Shown here one piece after another: positions 18,505 through 29,321 of a DNA stretch of 64,000 bases. Every line of letters starts with the position of its first letter. Positions within the stretch are counted from its first letter, which is position 1. The stretch is from an uncultured Polynucleobacter sp. Lineage in GTDB: Bacteria; Pseudomonadota; Gammaproteobacteria; Burkholderiales; Burkholderiaceae. Location: the NCBI GenBank assembly GCA_964343915.1, contig CAYFKY010000001.1:6219-70218 (forward strand), in the 5' to 3' direction. The position numbers were made by a program, and so were the translations under genes. Under the pieces are notes generated by a model, which did not search any database, was not told the DNA's origin, and saw only the letters and a list, made by a program, of their open reading frames with translations.

Positions 18505-20487
18505 ATGTCCGGTATGGAACAGATGTTGGTAGAGAACCGTGTTTTCAACCCACCTAAAGCATTTGCTAAACAAGCAGCTATTACCAGCATGGAGCAGTAC
18601 AACGCAATGTGCAAAGCCTTTGAAAAAGATTTCAATGGCACATGGGGTAGATTGGCTAAAGAAAACCTACATTGGAAAAAGCCTTTCACAAAAGTTTTAG
18701 ACGAATCCAAGGCACCTTTTTACAAATGGTTTGAAGATGGTTTAACTAATGCTTCATACAACTGTATCGATCGCAATATCAAAAATGGTCTTGGCAAAAA
18801 AACAGCGATTATTTTTGAAGCGGATGGTGGTGAAGTTACAAAAGTAACTTATCAAGAATTGCATGACCGTGTTGCTACATTTGCAAATGGTCTTAAAAAA
18901 TTAGGCATCAAAAAAGGTGACCGTGTAGTTATCTACATGTCAATGTCAATCGAAGGCGTTGTAGCGATGCAAGCTTGTGCTCGTATCGGGGCAACTCACT
19001 CAGTGGTGTTCGGTGGTTTCTCAGCTAAATCATTGCAAGAGCGTATTGTTGACGTAGGTGCTGTGGCATTGATCACTGCAGACCAACAGTTGCGTGGTGG
19101 TAAAGCATTAGCACTAAAAACTATTGCTGATGAAGCGATTGACCTAGGCGGTTGCGAAAAATTAAAGCACGTGATTGTTTACAAGCGTACAGGTGGCGAC
19201 GTGCCGATGAAGGCGGGTCGCGACAAGTGGATGCATGACGTTTCTGCTGGCCAATCAAAAGTTTGTGAGCCAGAGTGGGTAAGTGCAGAGCACCCATTGT
19301 TTGTGCTTTACACATCAGGTTCAACAGGTAAGCCAAAAGGTGTTCAACACTCAACAGGTGGTTACTTGTTGTGGGCAATGCTCACAATGAAGTGGACATT
19401 TGACTTGCGTGATAGCGATGTGTTCTGGTGTACAGCTGACATTGGTTGGGTAACAGGTCACAGCTATATCGCTTACGGTCCTCTAGCATGTGGTGGTACA
19501 CAAATCGTTTTTGAAGGCGTGCCAACATATCCAAACGCTGGTCGTTTCTGGGAAATGATTCAACGTCACAAAGTATCTATTTTCTACACAGCCCCAACAG
19601 CGATTCGTTCATTGATCAAAGCATCTGATTCAGATGCAAACGTTCATCCGAATAAGTACAACTTGAAGAGCTTGCGTTTGTTGGGTTCAGTAGGTGAGCC
19701 AATCAATCCTGAAGCTTGGATGTGGTACCACAAGAACGTTGGTGGCGAGAAGTGCCCAATCGTTGACACATTCTGGCAAACAGAAACTGGTGGTCACATG
19801 ATCACTCCATTGCCAGGTGCAACACCATTGGTTCCAGGTTCATGCACATTGCCATTGCCAGGCATCATGGCTGCTATCGTTGACGAAGCAGGTGGTGATA
19901 TGCCTAACGGCCAAGGTGGTATCTTGGTTGTGAAGCGTCCATGGCCTTCAATGATCCGTACGATTTGGAATGACCCTGATCGTTTCGTGAAGAGCTACTT
20001 CCCAGAAGAGTTGGGTGGCAAGCTTTACTTGGCAGGTGACGGTGCGATTCGTAACAAAGACACTGGTTATTTCACAATCACAGGTCGTATCGATGACGTA
20101 TTGAACGTTTCTGGTCACCGCATGGGCACGATGGAAATCGAATCATGCTTAGTGGCTAACCCATTAGTGGCTGAAGCTGCTGTGGTGGGACGCCCTGACG
20201 ATATGACAGGTGAGGCAATCGTGACTTTCGTGGTTCTTAAAGGCAAGCGCCCAACTGGCGATGATGCTAAGAAGATTGCTACTGAGTTGCGTAACTGGGT
20301 AGGTAAAGAAATTGGCCCAATTGCTAAACCAAAAGAAATTCGTTTTGGTGATAACTTACCTAAGACTCGTTCTGGCAAGATCATGCGCCGTATTTTGCGC
20401 GTTCTAGCTAAAGGTGAGGAAGTGACTCAAGACGTTTCAACACTTGAGAATCCAGCAATTTTGGATCAACTAAAAGAAGCTAGCTAA
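18505..20487 (+). CDS. acs: Acetate--CoA ligase
   Basis: '[11 protein letters not shown]', '[10 protein letters not shown]' and '[11 protein letters not shown]'. Confidence 0.97.
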   Translation: MSGMEQMLVENRVFNPPKAFAKQAAITSMEQYNAMCKAFEKDFNGTWGRLAKENLHWKKPFTKVLDESKAPFYKWFEDGLTNASYNCIDRNIKNGLGKKTAIIFEADGGEVTKVTYQELHDRVATFANGLKKLGIKKGDRVVIYMSMSIEGVVAMQACARIGATHSVVFGGFSAKSLQERIVDVGAVALITADQQLRGGKALALKTIADEAIDLGGCEKLKHVIVYKRTGGDVPMKAGRDKWMHDVSAGQSKVCEPEWVSAEHPLFVLYTSGSTGKPKGVQHSTGGYLLWAMLTMKWTFDLRDSDVFWCTADIGWVTGHSYIAYGPLACGGTQIVFEGVPTYPNAGRFWEMIQRHKVSIFYTAPTAIRSLIKASDSDANVHPNKYNLKSLRLLGSVGEPINPEAWMWYHKNVGGEKCPIVDTFWQTETGGHMITPLPGATPLVPGSCTLPLPGIMAAIVDEAGGDMPNGQGGILVVKRPWPSMIRTIWNDPDRFVKSYFPEELGGKLYLAGDGAIRNKDTGYFTITGRIDDVLNVSGHRMGTMEIESCLVANPLVAEAAVVGRPDDMTGEAIVTFVVLKGKRPTGDDAKKIATELRNWVGKEIGPIAKPKEIRFGDNLPKTRSGKIMRRILRVLAKGEEVTQDVSTLENPAILDQLKEAS

Positions 20488-20517
20488 TTCTGATTGATTA
20501 GCGTCATCAGGTAGTTT

Positions 20518-20552
20518 TAGGCCGGTTACTCCAAAGAGTACCGGCCTATTTT
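20518..20552 (+). terminator. Intrinsic terminator after acs
   Basis: TAGGCCGGTTACTC-CAAA-GAGTACCGGCCTA-TTTT. Confidence 0.75.
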
Positions 20553-20577
20553 CTATGCTCTGAGTGATAATCGAACC

Positions 20578-22635
20578 ATGCGTATTAGTTCAGAATCAAA
20601 AACAACCGGCTTTTATTACCTGCTTTTTACAGCGGGATTTTTGTTGTTTGTTTATTTCTTGGGATTGGTTGAAAGAAATAGTGGCCCAGGTATTTGGTTG
20701 GGCTATGTTTTCTTATTTGTGACTATTGCTGTTTATGCCAGTATTGGATTGATTTGCCGCACATCCGATATGAATGATTACTACATTGCTGGAAGAAAGA
20801 TACCAGCGATCTTTAATGGCATGGCCACTGCTGCTGACTGGATGAGTGCCGCCACTTTTATTGGTTTGGTGGGCATCTTATTTAGTTCTGGTTATAGAGG
20901 TTTGGCTTTTATTGTTGGTTGGACAGGTGGCTTTTGCTTGGTCGCCATGCTGATTGCACCCTACATCCGTAAATTTGGTTCTTACACCATTCCAGACTTT
21001 TTGGCGATTCGTTACAGTCAGGGCAAAGAGGGCGGTAGTCGTTTGGTGAGGATTGTGGCAGTCGGAACAACGATTGTTTGCTCTTTTGTTTATTTGGTAG
21101 CTCAAATTCAAGGTGTGGGTCTGATAGTGAACAGATTCATTGGCGTTGAATTTAGTATCGGGGTATTTTTTGGCTTGGCTGGCATCTTGGTGTGCTCATT
21201 TTTGGGGGGCATGAGGGCGGTTACTTGGACTCAAGTTTCTCAGTACATCATTTTGATGATTGCTTTATTGTTGCCGCTAGGCATGATTTCATACAAGAAG
21301 CATGATTCTTTATTGCCTCAAGCAACTTATGGTGAAGTGCTAAAAGAGATTGAGTATCACGAACGAGATTTTGAGGTCACTGCAGAAGAAGTGAAGGTGC
21401 GTGACTATTATCAAAAAGAAGTGGCTCGCTATGAAAATAAGATTGCAGCTTTACCGCAATCTTATTTTGAGGGTAAAAAACAGGTTGAGAAGGCTTTGCA
21501 AGATGCCCGTGTTAATCAGCTGCCGCTTAAAGAATTAAAAGCGCTAGAGCGTCGTTTGGCTGAGTATCCTAATAGTCCTGGTAATGCCTATGAGGTTTGG
21601 CAAAATGAAAAGCGCCAGGCTCAATTAAAAAGTCAGGTGAGTACGCCATCGATGGACCCATCTGCTAAGCGGGGCGTTGGCTTTTTAAGCATGGATCAGT
21701 GGAATTTTATTTTGCTGATATTTTGTTTGATGTTTGGTACTGCTAGCTTGCCGCACATACTAACGCGCTATTACACAACCACCAGTGTTTCGGCAGCGCG
21801 CTATTCAGTATTTTGGACATTATTTTTTGTGGCACTTTTCTATTTGAGTGTGCCTGCTTTAGCTGCCATGGTGAAATTAGATTTGTTTAAGAACCTGGTT
21901 GGTGTTTCATATTCAGAGTTGCCTACATGGGTTTTGCAGTGGCGCAAATTGGAGCCCCCTGTTTTATCTGTGACGGATATTAATTTAGACGGCTTTGTGC
22001 AATGGGCTGAAATATCCATATCTCCTGACATGATTATTTTGGCTGCACCTGAGATCACAGGTTTGCCTTATGTGATTTCAGGTTTGGTGGCTGCTGGTGC
22101 TTTGGCGGCAGCCTTATCAACAGCAGATGGTTTGTTATTAACGATTGCCAACGCATTCTCGCACGACGTTTATTACCACTTGATTGATAAAACAGCCTCA
22201 CATCAAAAGCGTGTGACTGCCGCCAAAGTGGTCTTGTTAGGCGTTGCTTTATTTGCTGCCTACATCACGTCACTTCGACCAGGCGACATATTGTTTTTAG
22301 TTGGTGCGGCTTTTTCATTGGCTGCTTCTGGTTTCTTTGCCATATTGATTTTGGCCGTATTTTCTAAGCGTATTAATCAGTGGGGTGCAATCGCTGGCAT
22401 GGTGACTGGTTTATTGGTCAGTGGCACATACATTGCGCTGAACTATCCATTTGTTTCTAGAATCACCGGTGTCTTTGGTGATCGATGGTTTGGTGTTGAT
22501 CCTATTGCATCAGGAGCTTTTGGTATACCGGCTAGTTTTATCGCTGCTTATTTGGTGTCTTATATGACAAGCCCTAATCCGCCAGTGATTGGTCGCTTGG
22601 TGGATTACCTGCGTGAGTCTCGCTCTACGGTTTAG
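20578..22635 (+). CDS. Sodium:solute symporter (VC_2705/ActP-like subfamily)
   Basis: 'NGMATAADWMSAATFIG', 'GTASLPHILTRYYT' and 'AAALSTADGLLL'. Confidence 0.9.
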   Translation: MRISSESKTTGFYYLLFTAGFLLFVYFLGLVERNSGPGIWLGYVFLFVTIAVYASIGLICRTSDMNDYYIAGRKIPAIFNGMATAADWMSAATFIGLVGILFSSGYRGLAFIVGWTGGFCLVAMLIAPYIRKFGSYTIPDFLAIRYSQGKEGGSRLVRIVAVGTTIVCSFVYLVAQIQGVGLIVNRFIGVEFSIGVFFGLAGILVCSFLGGMRAVTWTQVSQYIILMIALLLPLGMISYKKHDSLLPQATYGEVLKEIEYHERDFEVTAEEVKVRDYYQKEVARYENKIAALPQSYFEGKKQVEKALQDARVNQLPLKELKALERRLAEYPNSPGNAYEVWQNEKRQAQLKSQVSTPSMDPSAKRGVGFLSMDQWNFILLIFCLMFGTASLPHILTRYYTTTSVSAARYSVFWTLFFVALFYLSVPALAAMVKLDLFKNLVGVSYSELPTWVLQWRKLEPPVLSVTDINLDGFVQWAEISISPDMIILAAPEITGLPYVISGLVAAGALAAALSTADGLLLTIANAFSHDVYYHLIDKTASHQKRVTAAKVVLLGVALFAAYITSLRPGDILFLVGAAFSLAASGFFAILILAVFSKRINQWGAIAGMVTGLLVSGTYIALNYPFVSRITGVFGDRWFGVDPIASGAFGIPASFIAAYLVSYMTSPNPPVIGRLVDYLRESRSTV

Positions 22636-23173
22636 GGAATAGTTTTTCCCAGCCCTCTAACCCCAGCTTTTCCATCGTTTCCATATTCGTTTCAAAAATA
22701 GCCTCAGCTTCTGGAAAAGCTTCTACTGCTCTATCAATACTATCTTCTCTGATTAAGTGAAGGGTTGGGTAGGGCGAGCGGTTGGTGAAGTTGGTGATGT
22801 CGTCGAATTCAGTATTAGCAAACTGATATTGCGGATGAAAGCTTGCAATTTGCAATTCGCCGTCTAACTTCAATTCTTCCAATAAGCTATCAGCCAATTC
22901 TAAGAAATCGTTGTAGTCTAAAAAATCCTGCAGGACATAGGGATGTATGAGTAGGGTTGTGTCAGTTTTTTCTGGCGACACTTCTGCTAGATATTCAAGT
23001 TCTTTTGCCAACTCTTCAAGCAGAGTCTCTACTGAACGGGCTTCACTTACAACGTATTTGATTTGTTCTTTGACATGAACAGCCTTGGCAAAAGGGCAGA
23101 GATTTAAGCCAATCACAGCTTTGACAACCCAATCCTGGGTTTCTTGAATAATATCGGTATGTTTTTCTGACAT
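22625..23173 (-). CDS. DUF1415 family protein
   Basis: 'VIGLNLCPFA', 'QIASFHP' and 'NRSPYPTLHLIRE'. Confidence 0.9.
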   Translation of the reverse strand: MSEKHTDIIQETQDWVVKAVIGLNLCPFAKAVHVKEQIKYVVSEARSVETLLEELAKELEYLAEVSPEKTDTTLLIHPYVLQDFLDYNDFLELADSLLEELKLDGELQIASFHPQYQFANTEFDDITNFTNRSPYPTLHLIREDSIDRAVEAFPEAEAIFETNMETMEKLGLEGWEKLFPKP

Positions 23174-23214
23174 GATTTCTGACTTTATTGACAGATTGTG
23201 TATCGTATAGCCCT

Positions 23215-24822
23215 ATGATTCGTATTACTGAACTGCGCTTACCCGTTAATCATGCTCCAGAGGAGCTTGAAGTAGCTATCTTAAAGCGTTTATCTCTTTC
23301 ATCCAAAGACTTGATTGAATTCACTGTATTTAAGCGCAGTCATGATGCTAGAAAAAACACAGCACTCTCATTCATTTATACGATTGATTTGTCGATCAAG
23401 GATGAAGACAAAGTTTTAAAAAAATGGGGACATGATCCTCATATACGCCCATCGCCAGACACCAGCTATCACTATGTGGCTAAAGCACCTCAAGACCTCA
23501 ATAAGCGCCCAGTAGTGATTGGTTTTGGCCCATGTGGTATTTTTGCCGCTTTAATTCTGGCGCAAATGGGTTTTAGGCCAATTGTGCTTGAACGAGGTAA
23601 GCAAGTGCGCGAGAGAACACAAGATACTTGGGGTTTGTGGCGTAAGAAAATTCTGAACCCTGAGTCTAATGTGCAATTTGGTGAGGGTGGTGCCGGCACA
23701 TTCTCTGATGGCAAGCTTTACAGTCAAATCAAAGACCCGAAATTTTATGGTCGCAAAGTGATTGAGGAGTTCATTAAGGCGGGCGCTCCGGAAGAAATTG
23801 CCTATGTGGCCAAGCCACATATTGGCACTTTCCGCTTAGTCGGAATGGTTGAAAAAATTCGGCAAGAGATCATTGATCTTGGTGGTGAGATACGTTTTCA
23901 GCAAAAAGTAACTAATTTTGATATCCAAGATGGTCAGCTAAAGGCCTTGCATCTTGAAAGTGGCGAGGTCATAGAGGCAGATCATGTGGTATTGGCACTG
24001 GGACACAGTGCTAGAGACACATTTAAAGCTTTGCATCAAGCGGGTGTTTATATTGAACCCAAACCTTTTTCAGTGGGCTTTAGGATTGAGCATCCACAGT
24101 CGTTGATTGATAAGGCGCGTTTAGGTCCGCATGCAGGTCATCCGTTAATTGGCGCAGCGGATTACAAGTTGGTTCACCATGCCAAAAACGGCAGAGCGGT
24201 ATACAGTTTTTGTATGTGTCCTGGTGGCACAGTGGTTGCGGCGACATCAGAGGAAAATCGCGTGGTGACTAACGGCATGAGTCAGTACTCTCGTAATGAA
24301 CGTAATGCTAATGCTGGCATCGTGGTGAACGTTGATCCAAGTGATTATGGTGCGAGCTCTGAAAACCCTTTGGCTGGCATTGATTTTCAAAGAGCGCTTG
24401 AATCAAAGGCATTTGAGTTAGGTGGTAAGACCTATGAAGCCCCTGGGCAGTTGGTGGGAGACTTTATTGCTGGCAGACCATCTACTGAATTTGGTCGCGT
24501 GATTCCATCATACAAACCAGGGGTTCATTTAACGGATTTAGCAGACGCTTTGCCTAGCTTTGCCATTGAGGCGATGCGTGAGGCATTGCCAGCTTTTGAA
24601 AAACAAATCAAAGGTTTCTCTATGCCAGACGCAGTACTCACTGGTGTTGAGACTAGAACATCATCCCCAATTCGCATCACGCGTGGCACAAACTACCAAA
24701 GCTTGAATGTGAAGGGTCTTTATCCTGCTGGCGAAGGGGCGGGTTATGCCGGAGGTATTTTGTCAGCAGGTGTTGATGGAATTAAAGTCGCAGAAGCCTT
24801 GGCGCTTGATATCCTGAAATAA
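23215..24822 (+). CDS. NAD(P)/FAD-dependent oxidoreductase (uncharacterized FAD-dependent dehydrogenase family)
   Basis: 'VIGFGPCG', 'GEGGAGTFSDGKL', 'FCMCPGG' and 'GEGAGYAGGI'. Confidence 0.9.
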   Translation: MIRITELRLPVNHAPEELEVAILKRLSLSSKDLIEFTVFKRSHDARKNTALSFIYTIDLSIKDEDKVLKKWGHDPHIRPSPDTSYHYVAKAPQDLNKRPVVIGFGPCGIFAALILAQMGFRPIVLERGKQVRERTQDTWGLWRKKILNPESNVQFGEGGAGTFSDGKLYSQIKDPKFYGRKVIEEFIKAGAPEEIAYVAKPHIGTFRLVGMVEKIRQEIIDLGGEIRFQQKVTNFDIQDGQLKALHLESGEVIEADHVVLALGHSARDTFKALHQAGVYIEPKPFSVGFRIEHPQSLIDKARLGPHAGHPLIGAADYKLVHHAKNGRAVYSFCMCPGGTVVAATSEENRVVTNGMSQYSRNERNANAGIVVNVDPSDYGASSENPLAGIDFQRALESKAFELGGKTYEAPGQLVGDFIAGRPSTEFGRVIPSYKPGVHLTDLADALPSFAIEAMREALPAFEKQIKGFSMPDAVLTGVETRTSSPIRITRGTNYQSLNVKGLYPAGEGAGYAGGILSAGVDGIKVAEALALDILK

Positions 24823-24846
24823 CCAGTCTGACCATTTCAGTTGATA

Positions 24847-26190
24847 TTACTCAGACTGAAACTTCTTTTTTCTTAACTGGTTGGCGCGATAAATACCATA
24901 AGCAATCAGTGGCGCGCAGACAGCCCCAATTAATTCTGGTGATAGTCCCAAGCCTAATTCTTTGATGCCTTTGGCCATATAAATAATCAAGCTGACTGCG
25001 TAGTAGGTCAGTACTAAAACAGATAAGCCTTCCACTGTTTCTTGTAAGCGCAGTTGTAGTTGAGCGCGTTGATCCATGCTCGCGAGTAATTGCTGAGTTT
25101 GGCTTTCATTCACGTACTCGATGCGTGTGCGCAAAATCTGAGTGGTTCTGGAGATTCTGTCAGAAAGTTCTTTGAGACGACGTTGAGTCCATGAGCAAGT
25201 GCTCATAGCAGGTGCAAAGCGACGGTCCATGAACTCAGATAATGTTTGTACGCCCGGCACAGAAGACTCATTGAGCTCCTCTAGATTTTTGTGAACTAAT
25301 TGAGTGTAGGCCTCCGATGCGGTGAAGCGTAAACCATGTTCGGAAATCCATTCTTCAATTTTTGAAGCAAGCATCGAGATGCGGTGTAAAAACTCACCAT
25401 CTGCATTAGGCGCCACCGTTAGTTGGCTTTGCGCGCCTGAGATCTCTTTGGATAATTCAGCCAGTTCTGCTTCAGCTTGGCGAAGTGGGCCTGATAAACT
25501 TTTAGCAACGGGGAAGGCAATCATCGATGCCATGCGATATGTTTCAGTTTCGGTGATTCGCCTTGCAACACGACCTGCTTGTCGTGAGCCCATGCCAACA
25601 TGTGGTACCAAGTATGAGATGTAACCATCTTCGTTGATTTGCAAATCAGTCCACAGTTGCGCTTTTTGATTGCTTAAAATGGTGCTACCTAACAAGGTGT
25701 TGCCAGAGAAAATCTGTGACACTTGTTCTGCATCAGTGAATAATGGTCGATCCTCAAAAGCCACATCCATCGCAGCAATTCGTAAACCACCTGATTCATG
25801 AATAGGTGCAATTTCTGAGCGAGAGAGTAAATCATTCACCTGTGCTTCGATTGCTTGCCGACTATGGATATGAGGCTGGTCAAGTAAATTGGTTTGTTGA
25901 ACCACTGCTGAGATAGAAGCAAACTCACCATGCAATTCCCATTTAATGATGACTCGATGGGGTGCAGGTTGTAATTCAATGATTCTGAAACTTTGACCAT
26001 GATGAGGGTCGGCAGCCTGATTCAATTTCAAACTAATGGAGTTAATCCATTCAAGTTGTTTAATACGATCTGTGGCATTGAGTAGAAATGCCTGATTCAA
26101 AATACGATCTCTTGGCCATAAAGCAACGGGAGGTCTAGCATGAACTTCTTCATGCAGAACGGTTCTTAATGGATGATCGTATGTGCGCAT
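24847..26190 (-). CDS. DUF3422 family protein
   Basis: 'HEEVHARP', 'WELHGEF', 'ETYRM' and 'QLRLQETVEGLS', with two C-terminal TM segments. Confidence 0.88.
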   Translation of the reverse strand: MRTYDHPLRTVLHEEVHARPPVALWPRDRILNQAFLLNATDRIKQLEWINSISLKLNQAADPHHGQSFRIIELQPAPHRVIIKWELHGEFASISAVVQQTNLLDQPHIHSRQAIEAQVNDLLSRSEIAPIHESGGLRIAAMDVAFEDRPLFTDAEQVSQIFSGNTLLGSTILSNQKAQLWTDLQINEDGYISYLVPHVGMGSRQAGRVARRITETETYRMASMIAFPVAKSLSGPLRQAEAELAELSKEISGAQSQLTVAPNADGEFLHRISMLASKIEEWISEHGLRFTASEAYTQLVHKNLEELNESSVPGVQTLSEFMDRRFAPAMSTCSWTQRRLKELSDRISRTTQILRTRIEYVNESQTQQLLASMDQRAQLQLRLQETVEGLSVLVLTYYAVSLIIYMAKGIKELGLGLSPELIGAVCAPLIAYGIYRANQLRKKKFQSE

Positions 26191-26217
26191 AATTGTTTAC
26201 TTTATCTTATTGCCATG

Positions 26218-26246
26218 AAAAATGGCCGGTTCCCCAGCCATTTTTT
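26218..26246. terminator. Intrinsic terminator after cytochrome c
   Basis: AAAAATGGC...GCCATTTTTT hairpin. Confidence 0.65.
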
Positions 26247-26270
26247 GATTTAGCGTTGTAATTTTTTTAA

Positions 26271-26579
26271 TTACTTCGCGCCATCCAAAATCCATTTAAC
26301 CACTGTTTTTGCATCAGCTTCGCTGATGCCTGCGTTAGCTGGCATTGGAACTGGACCCCAAACACCTGAGCCACCAGCTTTTACTTTTTTAGCTAATTTA
26401 TCTACTGCATCAGCTTGACCTTTGTACTTGGCAGCCACATCTTTGTATGCTGGACCAACAATTTTCTTATCAACAGCATGGCAACCCATACATGCATTTT
26501 TAGTGGCGATTTCTTTAGAGGCGAATGCTGGTGCAGATGCCAACAAAGAGGCTGCTAGTAGTGTGCTGATTAATTTCAT
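26271..26579 (-). CDS. Periplasmic cytochrome c551/c552 (class I)
   Basis: Signal peptide, CXXCH 'CMGCH', and 'WGPVPMP' carrying the Met ligand. Confidence 0.95.
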   Translation of the reverse strand: MKLISTLLAASLLASAPAFASKEIATKNACMGCHAVDKKIVGPAYKDVAAKYKGQADAVDKLAKKVKAGGSGVWGPVPMPANAGISEADAKTVVKWILDGAK

Positions 26580-26815
26580 TTTTGATCTCCGATAGTGACA
26601 TTAAGCTTCATTTCAGGTGCTTAGTATATGCAGAATTTATTGAATTTGTTGCTCTTGGCGACATTTATTTCATACAGTTCGGATAAATAAGTAACTGATT
26701 AGTATCAATTAAATCCTAAATATTGAGTTTGGCAGCATCTATGGGCAGTCTTGGTGCGTTTAAAATGCGGGGCATCCTCAAGTCATCCGACTTGCATCAA
26801 ATTTTTTGGGAAATT

Positions 26816-27592
26816 ATGGCTACCTACAACACGGAAACAGTGCTGACCGTTAAGCATTGGAATGACACTTTATTTAGTTTTACGACGACACGTAATAAAT
26901 CCTTGCGTTTTCGTAATGGACATTTTTTGATGATTGGTCTTGAGGTTGAAGGTAAACCTTTGGTTCGTGCATACAGTGTTGCGAGCCCTAATTACGAAGA
27001 GCACCTAGAGTTCTTGAGCATCAAGGTAGAAAATGGCCCATTAACTTCACGTTTACAGAACATCAAAGTGGGTGATCCTATTTTGGTGAGCGAAAAATCA
27101 GTGGGTACTTTGGTGATCGATGACTTGAACCCAGGCAAACATCTCTACTTATTTAGTACGGGTACTGGCTTGGCACCATTTATGAGCATTATTCGTGATC
27201 CAGAGACCTATGAAAAGTTTGAAAAGGTTGTCTTGATTCACGGTGTGCGTTTGGTGAGCGAATTAGCCTATGAAGATTACATTCGTAACGTCTTGCCCAA
27301 TGATGAATTCTTGGGCGAGATGGTGCGCAATCAATTGATTTATTACCCCACTGTGACACGTGAGGCATTCAAACACACAGGGCGTCTCACAACAGCTGTT
27401 GAGAATGGTCAATTATTTAAAGACATTGGTTTGCCGCCACTTGATCCTGCTGTAGATCGTGGCATGATTTGCGGTAGCCCATCGATGCTAAAAGAAATTT
27501 CTGACATGTTGGATGCCAGAGGTTTCAAGGTGTCTCCAAGTCTCGGAGTTTTGGGCGATTATGTGTATGAGCGAGCTTTTGTTGAAAAGTAA
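26816..27592 (+). CDS. fpr: Ferredoxin--NADP(+) reductase
   Basis: 'RAYSVAS', 'TGTGLAPF', 'MICGSP' and terminal 'ERAFVEK'. Confidence 0.95.
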   Translation: MATYNTETVLTVKHWNDTLFSFTTTRNKSLRFRNGHFLMIGLEVEGKPLVRAYSVASPNYEEHLEFLSIKVENGPLTSRLQNIKVGDPILVSEKSVGTLVIDDLNPGKHLYLFSTGTGLAPFMSIIRDPETYEKFEKVVLIHGVRLVSELAYEDYIRNVLPNDEFLGEMVRNQLIYYPTVTREAFKHTGRLTTAVENGQLFKDIGLPPLDPAVDRGMICGSPSMLKEISDMLDARGFKVSPSLGVLGDYVYERAFVEK

Positions 27593-27677
27593 GCTCAACC
27601 TTAACAAGTTTTATGGTTATTTTGGGCACTAAAAGCACTCAAAAAATACCAAAATAAACAATAGTCACATTTTTGCT

Positions 27678-27708
27678 AAAGCCGCTCCACCATAAGGGCG
27701 GCTTTTTT
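27678..27708 (+). terminator. Intrinsic terminator after fpr
   Basis: AAAGCCGCTC...GGGCGGCTTTTTT. Confidence 0.75.
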
Positions 27709-27825
27709 AATGATTAAGGGTATTCCATAGGAGAATCCCTTATTGTGAGCTAGTCATCTTCTCTCTATATTGACTCAGTTAAGCCTCTTAATGAGGTCAA
27801 TTGAATTTGAAGAAAAAGCGACCAT

Positions 27826-28596
27826 ATGTCAGATGTCATCCTTGAAGCGAAGCAGCTCACAAAAGAATTCTCAGGATTCGTGGCTGTTAGTGATGTCAAC
27901 CTACAAGTAAAAGCAGGAACCATTCATGCACTCATTGGACCCAATGGTGCAGGTAAGACTACTTGCTTTAACTTGCTCACAAAATTTATCACACCAACTG
28001 CTGGGCAAATTATTTACAAAGGTCAGGACATCACGCATAAGAGTTCTGCCGAAATTGCCAGAATTGGTATGGTGAGATCGTTTCAAATTTCTGCAGTATT
28101 TCCTCATCTGAGCGTTCTAGAAAATGTTCGATTGGCTCTGCAGCAAAGAACAGGCACGTCGATGCATTTTTGGAAGAGTGAAAATACGCTCAATCATTTA
28201 AATGATGAGGCGATGACATACATTGAACAGGTTGGGTTGGAGAACTACGCGAAAGATACGGCGGTGAGCTTGCCATATGGTCGTAAGCGTGCCTTGGAAA
28301 TTGCTACCACATTGGGCATGAGCCCAGATTTGATGTTGCTCGATGAGCCCACCCAAGGGATGGGGCATGAGGACGTGGAAAAAGTGACTCAGCTGATTAA
28401 AAAAGTATCTGCTGGCAGAACGGTTCTCATGGTGGAACACAACATGAAGGTTGTTTCTTCAATTGTCGATACGATCACGGTTTTACAGCGCGGCAAAATC
28501 ATTGCGAATGGTAATTACGCAGAGGTCTCCAATAATCCACAAGTGATTGAGGCATACATGGGTAGCTCTACAAATGCAACTTTGGGGGCGCACTAA
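27826..28596 (+). CDS. livG: Branched-chain amino acid ABC transporter ATPase (LivG-like)
   Basis: Walker A 'GPNGAGKTT', 'LLDEP' and 'VEHNM'. Confidence 0.88.
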   Translation: MSDVILEAKQLTKEFSGFVAVSDVNLQVKAGTIHALIGPNGAGKTTCFNLLTKFITPTAGQIIYKGQDITHKSSAEIARIGMVRSFQISAVFPHLSVLENVRLALQQRTGTSMHFWKSENTLNHLNDEAMTYIEQVGLENYAKDTAVSLPYGRKRALEIATTLGMSPDLMLLDEPTQGMGHEDVEKVTQLIKKVSAGRTVLMVEHNMKVVSSIVDTITVLQRGKIIANGNYAEVSNNPQVIEAYMGSSTNATLGAH

Positions 28597-29300
28597 TGAG
28601 TCACACAGTATTAAAAATTGACAACCTGCATGGCTGGTATGGTGAATCTCATGTTTTACATGGCATTAATCTTGAAGTAGCTGATGGTGAAGTCATTACT
28701 TTATTGGGTCGTAATGGAGCAGGACGTACATCCACACTGCGTGCCATTTGTGGTTTGATTGGAAAAAGAACTGGCAGTATTCAGATACAGGGTCAGGAGA
28801 CAACCTCATTGCAGCCTCACCAAATTGCTCGTCTTGGTGTGGGTTATTGCCCTGAGGAAAGAGGTATTTTTACAAGCTTAAGTTGTGAGCAAAATTTGAT
28901 GTTGCCACCTACTTTGGCAGAGGGTGGCATGAGTGTAGATGAAATCTACACCATGTTCCCTAACTTAAAAGAGCGTCGCAATAGTCCGGGTGGTAGGTTA
29001 TCCGGGGGTGAGCAGCAAATGCTAGCCATGGCCAGAATCTTAAGAACTGGTGCCAAATTACTGTTGTTAGATGAGATCACTGAAGGTTTAGCGCCAGTGA
29101 TTGTTGAAAAGCTTGGGCAAGCTGTTACGGACTTGCGTCAGCGTGGTTTTACGATTGTTCTAGTGGAGCAAAATTTTAGATTTGCCGCTCCATTGGCTGA
29201 TAGACACTATGTGATTGAACATGGTCAGGTGGTGAAAGTGGTCAAGCAGGAAGATTTGGCTAGCAATATGGCTGAGTTGAATGTTTTGTTAGGCGTTTAA
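28596..29300 (+). CDS. livF: Branched-chain amino acid ABC transporter ATPase (LivF-like)
   Basis: 'GRNGAGRTS' and 'LSGGEQQML'. Confidence 0.88.
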   Translation: MSHTVLKIDNLHGWYGESHVLHGINLEVADGEVITLLGRNGAGRTSTLRAICGLIGKRTGSIQIQGQETTSLQPHQIARLGVGYCPEERGIFTSLSCEQNLMLPPTLAEGGMSVDEIYTMFPNLKERRNSPGGRLSGGEQQMLAMARILRTGAKLLLLDEITEGLAPVIVEKLGQAVTDLRQRGFTIVLVEQNFRFAAPLADRHYVIEHGQVVKVVKQEDLASNMAELNVLLGV

Positions 29301-29321
29301 TTTGCAACTAGGAGATTGAGT

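Noticed and set aside
26723..26815. N-terminal extension of fpr
   Set aside because: Homology starts at MATYNTETV. The upstream region is promoter/UTR.
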